A DNA stretch of 64,000 nucleotides from an uncultured virus (IMG/VR IMGVR_UViG_3300020411_003822) (taxonomy: Duplodnaviria > Heunggongvirae > Uroviricota > Caudoviricetes): the IMG/VR virus record IMGVR_UViG_3300020411_003822, one strand, 5' to 3'. The notes below the pieces were generated by a model, which was given only the letters and a program-made list of their open reading frames with translations, searched no databases and was not told the origin of the DNA. Of the stretch, positions 53,068 through 62,649 are shown in pieces. The translations under genes and the position numbers were made by a program. Position 1 is the stretch's first letter, and each line of letters opens with the position of its first letter.

Positions 53068-55497
53068 ACCTAAACATGACTGAAACTGAACCAGTTGAGG
53101 TAAAAGTTCTACCCTATGAAGGATATGAACTGACGGAATGGGAATTGCGTAGCAATCCCGACAAAAATGGATTGAGAAAGATAGAAGGAATTGATTGCAA
53201 GACATCGTGGCCGACAGAAGTTGAAGTCGGACAGCACCTTGTAAGAAATAATCTCACCTTAGAAGAAGTGAAAAAAGTAGAACGAGGACCAATTACAACA
53301 TGGATCTTGGGAGAATACATGCACAACGACAAAATTGTACAGTACAATGTCGAGAACCACAACAAACAATGGGTAATCATACTTGAAGAACAAACTGAAT
53401 TAGTCCAAGCGGAAATCAAACTTCATCTCAAAATGCGAGAAATTGCGCATGAGCATGTGAAGAAAAAAATCGAAGAAGCTGAGGCTAAGGGGGAACCTTT
53501 GTTCAAACCTACACGCTTCCGACACAAGGAAACAGGAGAGATTGTAACTCAAATTAACTTGATGCAGATCAAGAATTACGAGAAACTCGATGACTGAACA
53601 TGACTGGACAGGAACCAGAACAGGAAAAGGTTGGAGTTTGTGGATACTGCGATTTTGTGCAGGGATACCACCCTCACAACATGTTGCGTATTGACGAGAA
53701 CCCACGATTAGCATATGACTTTTGCAAGTCGTGCGGAGGGCATCATTTGCAACCAACATCACAATGCAAGGATTTCATACCGAGAAATCCAGATGTGTAT
53801 GAGGGTTCGATTTGGTTTTGCCAGGGCTGCGGTTCTGGAACTGAGTTCGAAATCACAATGAAAGAGGCCTTGAAAAAAGCAGATTACTGAACATGGACAC
53901 ATATTGCAGTTTATGTGGGGAACCTTTTGACATTGGAGAATTTTCATACATGGAAAGATTCGATGCAGAAGAGGCATCTAAGATATTCCGCCTATACGGT
54001 TGCGGGATCTTATGGAAAATGGAAATGAATCCAGAATTGTCTTTGGAAGAGGCAAAGGAATTCAAATGTAGCCCAAGAAATGTTGAGATGAAACACCTTG
54101 CAGATATGGCAGGCGCATTAGGCGACATCATGGGCGATGATATTGACGGATTAGCATCATTGATGGATGGATACTGAAATGAGCAAAATCAAGGAAGAAG
54201 CGATTGACTTACGATCATCCTTGCACAAAGTAAGGGAAATTTGCAAGCAAAATGCAAAAATGATAAATGAAATCCCAAGCAAATGGACTCGTGCACAAAG
54301 CGCGAAAGAATTTACGGGATTAGCCGATTACATCGGATGCTTACTCATAAAGGACGATAAGGGAAGAGAAAAGGCATTATTGCGCTGGGCGAAAAAAAAC
54401 AAATGAATACTGAACATGGCTCACTATTATTGCAAAAGATGCAAAAGACAAATGAAAATATCTTGGCAAGCACCCACTACCAAAATATGTGCAAGGTGCT
54501 GCAGAGAAGAAAGAGAGAGTACAGGAAAACCGATTCCTGGTCCTAAAGGACTGAACATGAAAGAAAAGGCCGATTGGTCCATTTGCGTTGATTGGGAAGT
54601 CGATGAAAATGATTGGATAACAGAGGAAAGAACAGAAAACTTGGCGAAACTATCCGTCTGTTTACTGTTCAACCATCGCTTTCCGAAGTGGATTTGGAAG
54701 GCACTTTGGTATAATCTGCCCTGGAAAGCAGCAGAAGCCACAGAGAAATACATCAAAGAACATTCAGATATTTTGGATGAAAAAGGATGGCCAGAAGCGA
54801 ATGAATACATCAAGGAATTGAGAAAAACAATAAAGCAAACTGAACATGAGTTGGCGATGCCGATGTGATGAAGATGAATTGCCAATCCTACGGGGATTGG
54901 TAGATGAGATCCTCTGCAAAGCGGAGGAAATGGAACAAAGCACGAACCGCTTTCTAAGAGAGGTTGGTGCAGAATTGAAGAAAACAATTTGGGAATCTAA
55001 CAATGAACCCAAAAACGATGGTTCACCTATCTGGTGGCCGAGACACGAAACGATTAACGGCAACATCTGCTTAATCGAAGAGATTCTTGATGAGAACCAA
55101 GAACCAATTAAGATGCGTGTTAAACACGAATACTGAACATGAGTATCTGCGGACATTGCAATACGGAAATTACATCTGAACCTATGAGCAAAGGTGTATA
55201 TGGAGGGGACTGGATTTCCAGTTGCCCTATTTGCGAATGGTGTAGTGAAAGCGAAGAAGATTCGAAGATTAAACAGGGATTAACCCTTGAGGAGCTTGTC
55301 GAACATAAAGCCAAATTGAATAGCGTATATGCGAAATTACACGATCTTGTATTTCGAGCAAGAAGTGCAAAAGGAGCATATAGGCAACATTCGACCAGCC
55401 ATACTCCCAACAAATCATTTGTGAACAGAACTATGTCAGAAGAAATAATGGTGGAACTTGGTGAAGCCATGAATCAACTTTTGGACAAAACTGAACA

Positions 55498-55587
55498 CCC
55501 TGCTGTGCAAGCGCACGGCAGGGCTATTTTGCGGCCTCGATGAAAACGGGGTCGCCTATTTTTTTTGGCCCTCATGAAAACGGGGTC
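55498..55587 (+). terminator. Array-end hairpin plus tandem T-tract/GAAAA elements
   Basis: CCCTGCTGTGC-AAGC-GCACGGCAGGG, then CTATTTT..GCC(C)TC.ATGAAAACGGGGTC twice. Confidence 0.65.
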
Positions 55588-55750
55588 ATTCTATGATTCG
55601 ACCACACTTTCTGCAACTACGAGGGTGGCATCCAGAGTGCCGAGGGCAGGGGTTTTCACATTTACATTCATCGGACATGCTCGCAGAATATCCGCTCGAC
55701 TTCATAACGGTGTCGCTACGATTAAACGGATGAAGCACTTGCCCTTTACC

Positions 55751-56050
55751 ATGACAACAGTTGGCGGTATGAATTGGAATGAATTTCGCAAGCAGCACAA
55801 AGGAGAGGACAAAGAGAGAATCTCCGAACTATGGAAACTATACAAAGAAGGAGAATACGACCCCGAAGCTTCAACAAACATCGACCCAAATCACGGACAC
55901 GATCTGGACTACATCGCAGAAGTAGAAGCAGAGATGGCCGAAGAAGCCGAAGAAAATGAAGTCAAGAGAGAACCTGAGCAACAGGAATACTTGAACGAGT
56001 TAAACAACGAAGAGAAAAGAACCGGTTTGAAATCAATCACTCACTGGTGA
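55751..56050 (+). CDS. Hypothetical protein
   Basis: ATG 21 nt after TTAAACGG; WNEFRKQHKG..ISELWKLYK. Confidence 0.6.
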   Translation: MTTVGGMNWNEFRKQHKGEDKERISELWKLYKEGEYDPEASTNIDPNHGHDLDYIAEVEAEMAEEAEENEVKREPEQQEYLNELNNEEKRTGLKSITHW

Positions 56051-59042
56051 AGTTATTTTTCATCGCTTCCATTCTCTCAAGGTAATCCTTGAACTCATGG
56101 TCTATCCATGTGATCGTGTCATAATTAGCACCATATCTGACTACTGTGCCAGGTTCCAGTTCACTGATTGGTATATCCGGCAATCTTTCATTCATCAATT
56201 TCCGCTCCTCTTTCGTTCTTTTCGGAGCCTTAATCAATTTCTTGTTGTAAACAGACCTTAACTGACTCTCAAACTTCTTCTCTTCTTTGGCAGTGGGTGC
56301 ACTTGTGCCCTCAGAGAGATTGTATTCCTCCAATAATGAATCCAATGATTGAATTGCATACTTCCAATCATCGATTAATTCTATGAATGAATCCTGAGCC
56401 AATAACTCTTCCTTCATTTCAGCCCAAACTCGAAGATGTTGTTGTTGCTCAATATCCTCTTTCCTTCCGCCTGCAGAAAGAGTTTCAAGAATAGAATCCG
56501 CTTCACCAGTCCAAGATTTACCCGTAACCTCAACGGCAAAATCATTCACTGCTGTATAAGCATCTTTCAATTGCGCTTTCAAAGCGAGAAGCTGTTTAGT
56601 CGGTACAGATGCATATTTGCCTTCTCCAGCCTCGCCAAGAGTTCCGTGTTTGTCCACTTGGCCAGCGATCTGACTTGAAAGTGGATGATTCATATCATCA
56701 ATCAATCCCATCGGTGCTGCACTAAGCAAAACTTGTGTCTGTCTCTCATAGGCCTGAGCAAGCACACTTTGGTAATGCCTGGGAACACCGTCAATAATCT
56801 CAGTTCGAGCACCTTTGGTCGCAGCCCTACCTGTTACGGAAGCAGAACCAGAGCGGGCGTTTGACATGACAATATCACTACACAAGGAATCAGCGAGTAA
56901 CAAGTAATGCTTGAAATGAACAGGAACAGTTTTCCCTCCAGAAAGTATCGTTTTCCCATTACCTTGAGCGTTGAACATATTGTGGGCAAGTTGCGCTCTT
57001 GCCGCTTCAATCCCAAGAACAAGTTCAACCTGCCTTGAATCACTTGTTGTTGTACGATTAAAATCAATTTTCAATTTCTGAGTCCCAGTCAAGTCATCGT
57101 TGTAATCATAATTCGATGCAGTTATGAAATGACCCTTGAAATTATTCATTCGACCATCATTGATGTCTTTGTAAGAAAGCAAAATGTAGTATTCATCCAT
57201 TATTGGATCGTTAATGATTCGACCTCCATGCATAAAGGCAAGCGGATAATCAGAGTTTTGACCTTTACGACTTGCACCTGGATAAGTCAAAAAGGAAATA
57301 TCATCAGGATAAATTGTGTATTCTCCATTCACCTTGTAATCAAGACTACCTATGTGCTTCGCAATATCGACTTGACCCATGTGATCTTCTGCTCTGTAAT
57401 CAGCAACCATTCCAATTTCCGCTTCTTCGTATTTTCCATCTTCAACATCTTTTGCCTCAATGGTTTGGTCCCATTCCTGATAGGGTTTGCCATAATTGAA
57501 TTGAACCACATTAGCGTTGATATTGTACCATCCGTGATGACAATTTCCACAACGCCTTAATTTCCGACCAAGTTCAGCAATCTCGAAATCATATCTATCT
57601 GATGTAGACATATCAATTTCAACCAAACCAACCGATTCATCTTGTAGCCTCTCTAATTCTTCATCAGTCAATCCTTCTGGGTTATCCTTGACTCCCGTAA
57701 TATCAAAGGAACTACCAGCAGTAGCTTCAGCGAGCAAATTCGAAACAACAGTCGCATCATATTCCGTCTGAGGCCATCTTGAGTCCCATTCTGGATCCTC
57801 CACCTTTTCAGTACCTTTCCTTCCAGCCTTGTGTACCAATTTAGCAAGAGTAACAGGGTGTTTACAGTTTCCACACACCTCCAAACGCATTAAAATCTGC
57901 ATCAAACTCATTTCAAGACGGAAGGTGAGGTATGGAAAAGTAAGTACAATGCCTGTAATTTTTTCATCACCTATCTCTACCGTCACGCCATTTCGGTCCG
58001 ACATCTTACAATTCTTCCAAATAAAGTGAAGCGGATTATCTGCATCCCCTACTGTTCTAAAGGAGCCATCAGATGTTCTCAGTTGCCGCCTAATGATGGT
58101 CCATAATTGTGCTACATCATTCAAATCGTTCTTCTTCAACTGGTTATACTCGAATGAGTTTCGATCAGACAATGCTAATTCAAGTTCAGATTCAGATAAG
58201 TTGCTATTCAACATTCTTTCATTCTTCAAGTAAATGAAATATGATTGAGACTTTGCCGCCTCAAGTTGTGCTTTGAAGGCTAAATTCTGCAATCTCTTAT
58301 GCTCATCAAGGACAGCCTGGTATTCTGGCAAAGGCTTTCCAGTCACCTCAACCATTTCGTCTAAAACTTCACTGTACTCTTGTTTCGTCTCATAACGCTC
58401 TTCCTCAGGAAATGACCTAACCTTCTCATACGCCTTTTCAAGCACCCCTGAAAGCATCAATTGAATATGAGCAGGTTCATTCTTTACAATACCGCAATGG
58501 TCGGACAAAACAGTTCTTTTCAAGCCCTTAGCAAGTTTTTCCGCCTTGTTCTTGTCGAATCTAATCTCCGGAGGTAACGCTAAAGCAACAAGTGCGTTCT
58601 TGTTCGGTGTCTTCCCTACCTCGATATTGAGAAGTTCTAATTCATCCTTGTTTGTAAGCACACCAGCATAGTGGAATGTTCTCATTCCTCCCTGATATGC
58701 AGGTTCAGAAATTGAAGTCGCAGCAATTGGGCCAATAGGCGTCATTGGATCTATCCTTGCTTCTAAAACAGATTTCTGTAAACCATCCAACACCTTCTTC
58801 ACAAAATCATTGGGAACATCACTCAATTTCCTGTATTTTTCTGTAAGAGGTTCCTTTGTATCGGCATCCACGGCACCCATCTTAGTGGCAACATCAAGGA
58901 GCATCAAGTCATTAACAGCATAATGTGTATTGTCCAGGGAATCCCTCAAAAGATTCTGCCAGTCCAGTACGAGGTCCGCCGCCATGAAGTCGCTAAGCAG
59001 TTCATCCGTATGAAGAAAGCGACAGTTGAAATTACGATTCAA
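56037..59042 (-). CDS. Divergent DNA-directed RNA polymerase subunit A''/Rpo1C-like, with large insertions
   Basis: PIGPIAATSISEPAYQGGMRTFHYAGV (trigger-loop region), LGIEAAR, KHYLLLAD. Confidence 0.85.
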   Translation of the reverse strand: MNRNFNCRFLHTDELLSDFMAADLVLDWQNLLRDSLDNTHYAVNDLMLLDVATKMGAVDADTKEPLTEKYRKLSDVPNDFVKKVLDGLQKSVLEARIDPMTPIGPIAATSISEPAYQGGMRTFHYAGVLTNKDELELLNIEVGKTPNKNALVALALPPEIRFDKNKAEKLAKGLKRTVLSDHCGIVKNEPAHIQLMLSGVLEKAYEKVRSFPEEERYETKQEYSEVLDEMVEVTGKPLPEYQAVLDEHKRLQNLAFKAQLEAAKSQSYFIYLKNERMLNSNLSESELELALSDRNSFEYNQLKKNDLNDVAQLWTIIRRQLRTSDGSFRTVGDADNPLHFIWKNCKMSDRNGVTVEIGDEKITGIVLTFPYLTFRLEMSLMQILMRLEVCGNCKHPVTLAKLVHKAGRKGTEKVEDPEWDSRWPQTEYDATVVSNLLAEATAGSSFDITGVKDNPEGLTDEELERLQDESVGLVEIDMSTSDRYDFEIAELGRKLRRCGNCHHGWYNINANVVQFNYGKPYQEWDQTIEAKDVEDGKYEEAEIGMVADYRAEDHMGQVDIAKHIGSLDYKVNGEYTIYPDDISFLTYPGASRKGQNSDYPLAFMHGGRIINDPIMDEYYILLSYKDINDGRMNNFKGHFITASNYDYNDDLTGTQKLKIDFNRTTTSDSRQVELVLGIEAARAQLAHNMFNAQGNGKTILSGGKTVPVHFKHYLLLADSLCSDIVMSNARSGSASVTGRAATKGARTEIIDGVPRHYQSVLAQAYERQTQVLLSAAPMGLIDDMNHPLSSQIAGQVDKHGTLGEAGEGKYASVPTKQLLALKAQLKDAYTAVNDFAVEVTGKSWTGEADSILETLSAGGRKEDIEQQQHLRVWAEMKEELLAQDSFIELIDDWKYAIQSLDSLLEEYNLSEGTSAPTAKEEKKFESQLRSVYNKKLIKAPKRTKEERKLMNERLPDIPISELEPGTVVRYGANYDTITWIDHEFKDYLERMEAMKNNFTSE

Positions 59043-59697
59043 TCATTTCTCGAAGACGCTTAGCCTTGACTGGGCCGCCACAAACCTTCACAAACGACTG
59101 CCAAGAACCATCCTTCTCAGGGTCTTTCCAAGATTCATATTCTCGTTGTACTTCCTCAGGAACTTCCATTATCATTTCCGCTGGAATATCTGGAGCGGAA
59201 CCATTTGATTCAATCACGGGAGTCATGTCCTCCTCGACAGGGATTTGTTCAACCTCTTGCTCTTCCTCTTTCTCTTCATCTTCTCTCGAAGAAATCTCGT
59301 TGAATAATTCAGGATCACTGTATAACACATTAGTGTATGAAGGCTCATCAGATTTGATTCTCTCTTCCATTTCGTCTAATTTCCTGATAACAAGCCCTGC
59401 GAATTGTTGGTTAGCTTGTAGCATAGCCTCCGCATTCAAATGATGCAGTTTCCTCAAATTGTCAATATGTCCTGGAAGCCAAACAGGTTCCGCCAAAATC
59501 TGCTCAAATAGCGACATGCGCTTATCCATAGCATCCAACCTTCTCACGATTGCCTCAAAACCCAACAGTATTTTCTTGGTATCGATTTCCGTAGTTTCTG
59601 TTCCCTGCATGGTATCTTGTGGAACATCAGAGTTTGCATCTTGAGGGATTTCTGGAACAAAGCCAGGTCGAAACGAAGAAGCCCAGTCATCTGACAT
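59032..59697 (-). CDS. Acidic coiled-coil hypothetical protein
   Basis: ORF; TTCAAACGG 21 nt upstream of ATG 59697. Confidence 0.7.
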   Translation of the reverse strand: MSDDWASSFRPGFVPEIPQDANSDVPQDTMQGTETTEIDTKKILLGFEAIVRRLDAMDKRMSLFEQILAEPVWLPGHIDNLRKLHHLNAEAMLQANQQFAGLVIRKLDEMEERIKSDEPSYTNVLYSDPELFNEISSREDEEKEEEQEVEQIPVEEDMTPVIESNGSAPDIPAEMIMEVPEEVQREYESWKDPEKDGSWQSFVKVCGGPVKAKRLREMIES

Positions 59698-59714
59698 GAA
59701 CAAAGCGATAACTC

Positions 59715-60212
59715 TCAGCCGTTTGAATGTGTGGGAGAAAGCATACTTGCAATTCTCGCCAGCCGATCTGCATCGGTATTCTCTTCACGGGGCAAATATT
59801 TGAAATCAATTCGCAGCACATTTGAAGTGAAATTGTTAATCAAGCCATTTCTAAGATACTGTACATAATTGTGCAATTCTTGTAATCGTGGCTCCTTGAC
59901 TTTGTATTCACCGTTAATTTGCCTGATAACAAGTTGAGAATCGCTGTAAATGATAACTTCCATTAGACCAACCACATCTAAAGGACCTCTTGTGACGGGG
60001 CCTCCAAGCCCTGTCTGCAAATACTTCAGCGCACCAATGACTGCATGATACTCTGCCTCATTATTCGTGGACTTAGGGGGGAGAGGTACTAAAAATCGAG
60101 CAGTGGGCCTCCATTCATTGAGATTCGGGCCAAATGCCTGCTCAACATGTACGCCAGAACCACTGCCTCGACCAACAAAATTAGATCCATCACAAAAAAT
60201 CTTCACTTTCAT
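59715..60212 (-). CDS. rnhA: Ribonuclease HI
   Basis: FCDGS, TNNEAEY, SDSQLV, PREENTDADRLA. Confidence 0.9.
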   Translation of the reverse strand: MKVKIFCDGSNFVGRGSGSGVHVEQAFGPNLNEWRPTARFLVPLPPKSTNNEAEYHAVIGALKYLQTGLGGPVTRGPLDVVGLMEVIIYSDSQLVIRQINGEYKVKEPRLQELHNYVQYLRNGLINNFTSNVLRIDFKYLPREENTDADRLARIASMLSPTHSNG

Positions 60213-60958
60213 TCACAATCACACTCCGAACCACAACTCATTGGCTCTCTTCTATCAATTCGTTTGAAACAATGACTGCACATCAATACGCCTTGACCTA
60301 ACACCGGCCAAGAAATGCCCCCTGGCATGTATTTCTCCAAAACATCATCGATTTCCTGTCCAAATTGAATAACATCTCTCCGACTCAATCGAGTAAAGGG
60401 TGCTTTTGCAGTTACTTGCGATAACGGATGAGTAAAACAATCCTCCAGTGGCCCACTTCCTTGCTGAATAATGCGCCTCATCGAAGCAATCCATCTCTTG
60501 CCCGACATTCTCAAACTCATTCTGTGCACGGGGTGAACAAGAAGATTGTCGCCAAGCCCCGCATTATTTGAAACAACCAGTGCTACTGCATTTGAGGCAT
60601 TGGGTGCACGAATGTCTATCTCTAATTGAGAATCAATATCAACAACATGCCAATCATATTCGTCACGATCTAACTCAAGTTCGAACGGCACCGGAGAATC
60701 AGACCAACTCCAACCTGTATGTTGCAGAACTTCTGTTGGAAGTTGAGTAGAGTAATGGGAACCTTCCGAATCAATAGCAACAATTCTGAAATACTTGTGT
60801 CCAGTTCTTTCTTCAATAAACAACCTGGATTGCTTTATTTCACAGTTTCCTTTACCTCTAATTTTAATTTTATGTCCTCTTTGCGGTCCTTCGAAAACAT
60901 TGTCTTGGTTGAACATAACAGGAGCGGGGAACCCTCTGCCTCTTGAAGCCTTCGTCAT
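60209..60958 (-). CDS. Hypothetical protein with C-terminal Cys cluster
   Basis: 249-aa ORF overlapping both neighbours. Confidence 0.65.
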   Translation of the reverse strand: MTKASRGRGFPAPVMFNQDNVFEGPQRGHKIKIRGKGNCEIKQSRLFIEERTGHKYFRIVAIDSEGSHYSTQLPTEVLQHTGWSWSDSPVPFELELDRDEYDWHVVDIDSQLEIDIRAPNASNAVALVVSNNAGLGDNLLVHPVHRMSLRMSGKRWIASMRRIIQQGSGPLEDCFTHPLSQVTAKAPFTRLSRRDVIQFGQEIDDVLEKYMPGGISWPVLGQGVLMCSHCFKRIDRREPMSCGSECDCE

Positions 60959-61467
60959 ATTTTCTTCCCCCCGAACAAAGCGCCAAAGATCATGGTAATT
61001 CCCTCAGCAACTTTGCCTAATGAAAGACCGGCCTGCTTTGATTCCCAAGTACCATGCAAAGCGTAATTCGCATAGTGCTCGCAGTTCCGTGTCAATAAGT
61101 TGTAATCATTGCGATGCAACATTTCTTTCGCTCTATCAAGAACAGGTATAGGCTCATCTGGAACTTCAACGATTTCAATATCTCTGCCTTCGGAAAAACG
61201 AACATAATCAGTCAAACCAACCCTGGTGCCAGTATGGCTATCGGGAGCATCAACAGATGGACTCCAAACACGATTTAGCAACCTTGACGACCAAGACTGC
61301 TCCGAAATCTCCCCCTCATAGACGCCCCCAAACTGATAGATTAGTTGCAATCTGGTATCAGGGTGATAATACTCAGAAGCTACACCATAATGGAAAAAAC
61401 TGCCTCTCTGAAACCTTCTTCGAAGAATTGCACCAGGAGGAAAGGGCATTTCGGGCTCTTCGTCCAT
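60955..61467 (-). CDS. LRAT / NlpC-P60 permuted-domain protein
   Basis: HYGV...YNLLTRNCEHYA. Confidence 0.8.
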   Translation of the reverse strand: MDEEPEMPFPPGAILRRRFQRGSFFHYGVASEYYHPDTRLQLIYQFGGVYEGEISEQSWSSRLLNRVWSPSVDAPDSHTGTRVGLTDYVRFSEGRDIEIVEVPDEPIPVLDRAKEMLHRNDYNLLTRNCEHYANYALHGTWESKQAGLSLGKVAEGITMIFGALFGGKKI

Positions 61468-61497
61468 GAGTGTCCTAACACTGTCTGCCTCATAGGG

Positions 61498-61896
61498 TTA
61501 ATCCCAATCAGTTATTGGCTGGTGTCGAGAAGCCACTAAAGCAAAAACTCCTACAGTCTTGTATCTTCCATCTGCAGCTTTCAATACTCTACTGTTAATT
61601 CGTTTGAAATCAGGGTGGCGAAACACACCGCCTACAATTCGAGGATCACAATCTGCTGGCAACGGCAGTTCCGACAATACATCTTCAATAGTCACCTCTC
61701 CACTATCAGTTGCAATTCTCACAGCAACAGACCTTGCTTCCTCTATCCAAGAATAACGCAGGGGTTTTGTAGTCGAGGATAATTCAAGTTCTCGCAGTTT
61801 TTCCTTTAGTCGTGAAGATTGATCACTGGGCAATTTGAACATGCTCGTAATAACTCGCATTACTTTCTCCACATCATCTGCCTTCATTGGCTTCAC
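61498..61896 (-). CDS. Hypothetical protein
   Basis: ORF; DPRIVGGVF. Confidence 0.6.
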   Translation of the reverse strand: MKPMKADDVEKVMRVITSMFKLPSDQSSRLKEKLRELELSSTTKPLRYSWIEEARSVAVRIATDSGEVTIEDVLSELPLPADCDPRIVGGVFRHPDFKRINSRVLKAADGRYKTVGVFALVASRHQPITDWD

Positions 61897-62318
61897 TCCA
61901 TAGGCGAAATTTCGATTAACACTGAGGGCGCTTCTCCTTGAGCAACTTGAACTTTCAAAACTTGTAGGGATGATATTTGCCGGTCATCATCAGCAAGCAT
62001 ACCAGAAGCAAATAGGGCATCCATGTAATGTTTAGCAATGTTATCCACATCAGGCCCGTTAGATTTCCACTGTGCTTGCAAAGGAGTTCTTTTCCTATGC
62101 TTTGATTTAGGGCACGCAAATTTAGCGACAATACGAACTGCAATAGCCCCAGTCATGCGCTGAAAATCCTCAGGCAGTTGGCTTTTCGCCATAACTTGAA
62201 TGTGAGCCTTACTCGATTTAGATTCCGCCTTCTCATATGCGATTGGCTTACCTGAGCGCGTTGAAAATCGAGGCCTACCCTGTGCCATAGGCGGCCCTGG
62301 AATCTCAATCTTGTACAT
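61893..62318 (-). CDS. rusA: RusA-family Holliday junction resolvase
   Basis: GPPMAQGRPRF, PDVDNIAK..DAL...DDRQI. Confidence 0.88.
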   Translation of the reverse strand: MYKIEIPGPPMAQGRPRFSTRSGKPIAYEKAESKSSKAHIQVMAKSQLPEDFQRMTGAIAVRIVAKFACPKSKHRKRTPLQAQWKSNGPDVDNIAKHYMDALFASGMLADDDRQISSLQVLKVQVAQGEAPSVLIEISPME

Positions 62319-62649
62319 GCTTATCCTCCAACTGATCCAAAACAAAAGCAACCATGTCCGTCCACTTAGACCAAGAATTGACTCGCTTTAATCTCCCTAA
62401 TTCATCCCTTACTTCGAGCGGAACATCACGACAAACGATGAACCCAGTATCTTCTTTGGTCCAATCAACTTGCATTGGGGTGATTTTCTCAGAGTTCTCA
62501 AGCACCCAGTAAGCCATATCTGCCCAAGAGTTCCAACCCATCTTGCGTCTGACTACAATCAAACGGTCCTTTACATCAAAAGGAAGCCCTCTCAGAACAA
62601 TATTTCCAGTTAGAACTGGAATCAGAACCTTCGGTTCATCGTCCTCCAT
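62305..62649 (-). CDS. Tandem RHH-like repeat protein
   Basis: Two repeats of R.(L/V)P.(D/E)V.D.L......W..W.DM; start 20 nt after the promoter 13-mer. Confidence 0.6.
   Translation of the reverse strand: MEDDEPKVLIPVLTGNIVLRGLPFDVKDRLIVVRRKMGWNSWADMAYWVLENSEKITPMQVDWTKEDTGFIVCRDVPLEVRDELGRLKRVNSWSKWTDMVAFVLDQLEDKHVQD

Larger units (their letters stand above)
3258..55497 (+). repeat. Dispersed junction motif ACTGAAC(ATG) punctuating a ~52-kb co-oriented gene/RNA array
   Basis: About 75 exact ACTGAACATG by hand count (e.g. 9101, 12746, 14804, 21681, 33961, 42767, 47926, 55132) plus ACTAAAC/ACTTAAC/ACTCAAC variants; all on the + strand; none noticed in the flanks. Confidence 0.97.

Noticed and set aside
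6180..53075. Upstream-extended starts in the ORF track (e.g. 6180, 13470, 16598, 24793, 26294, 41268, 49792, 52965)
   Set aside because: These extensions overlap the previous unit and end in ...LNM; the motif ATG is the more plausible start.
3876..55470. Numerous minus-strand ORFs within the array
   Set aside because: They are antisense shadows of A-rich plus-strand genes (F/S/L-rich, often starting MFS from the reverse complement of the motif) with no recognisable domains.
3258..55497. Classical integron cassette array
   Set aside because: The motif resembles the RYYYAAC inverse core, but there are no attC hairpins between genes (the ATG follows immediately) and no tyrosine integrase is visible in the window.
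57000..58500. Intein in the RNAP subunit insertion
   Set aside because: No clear C/S start, His-Asn end or LAGLIDADG blocks were recognised; treated as a lineage-specific insertion.
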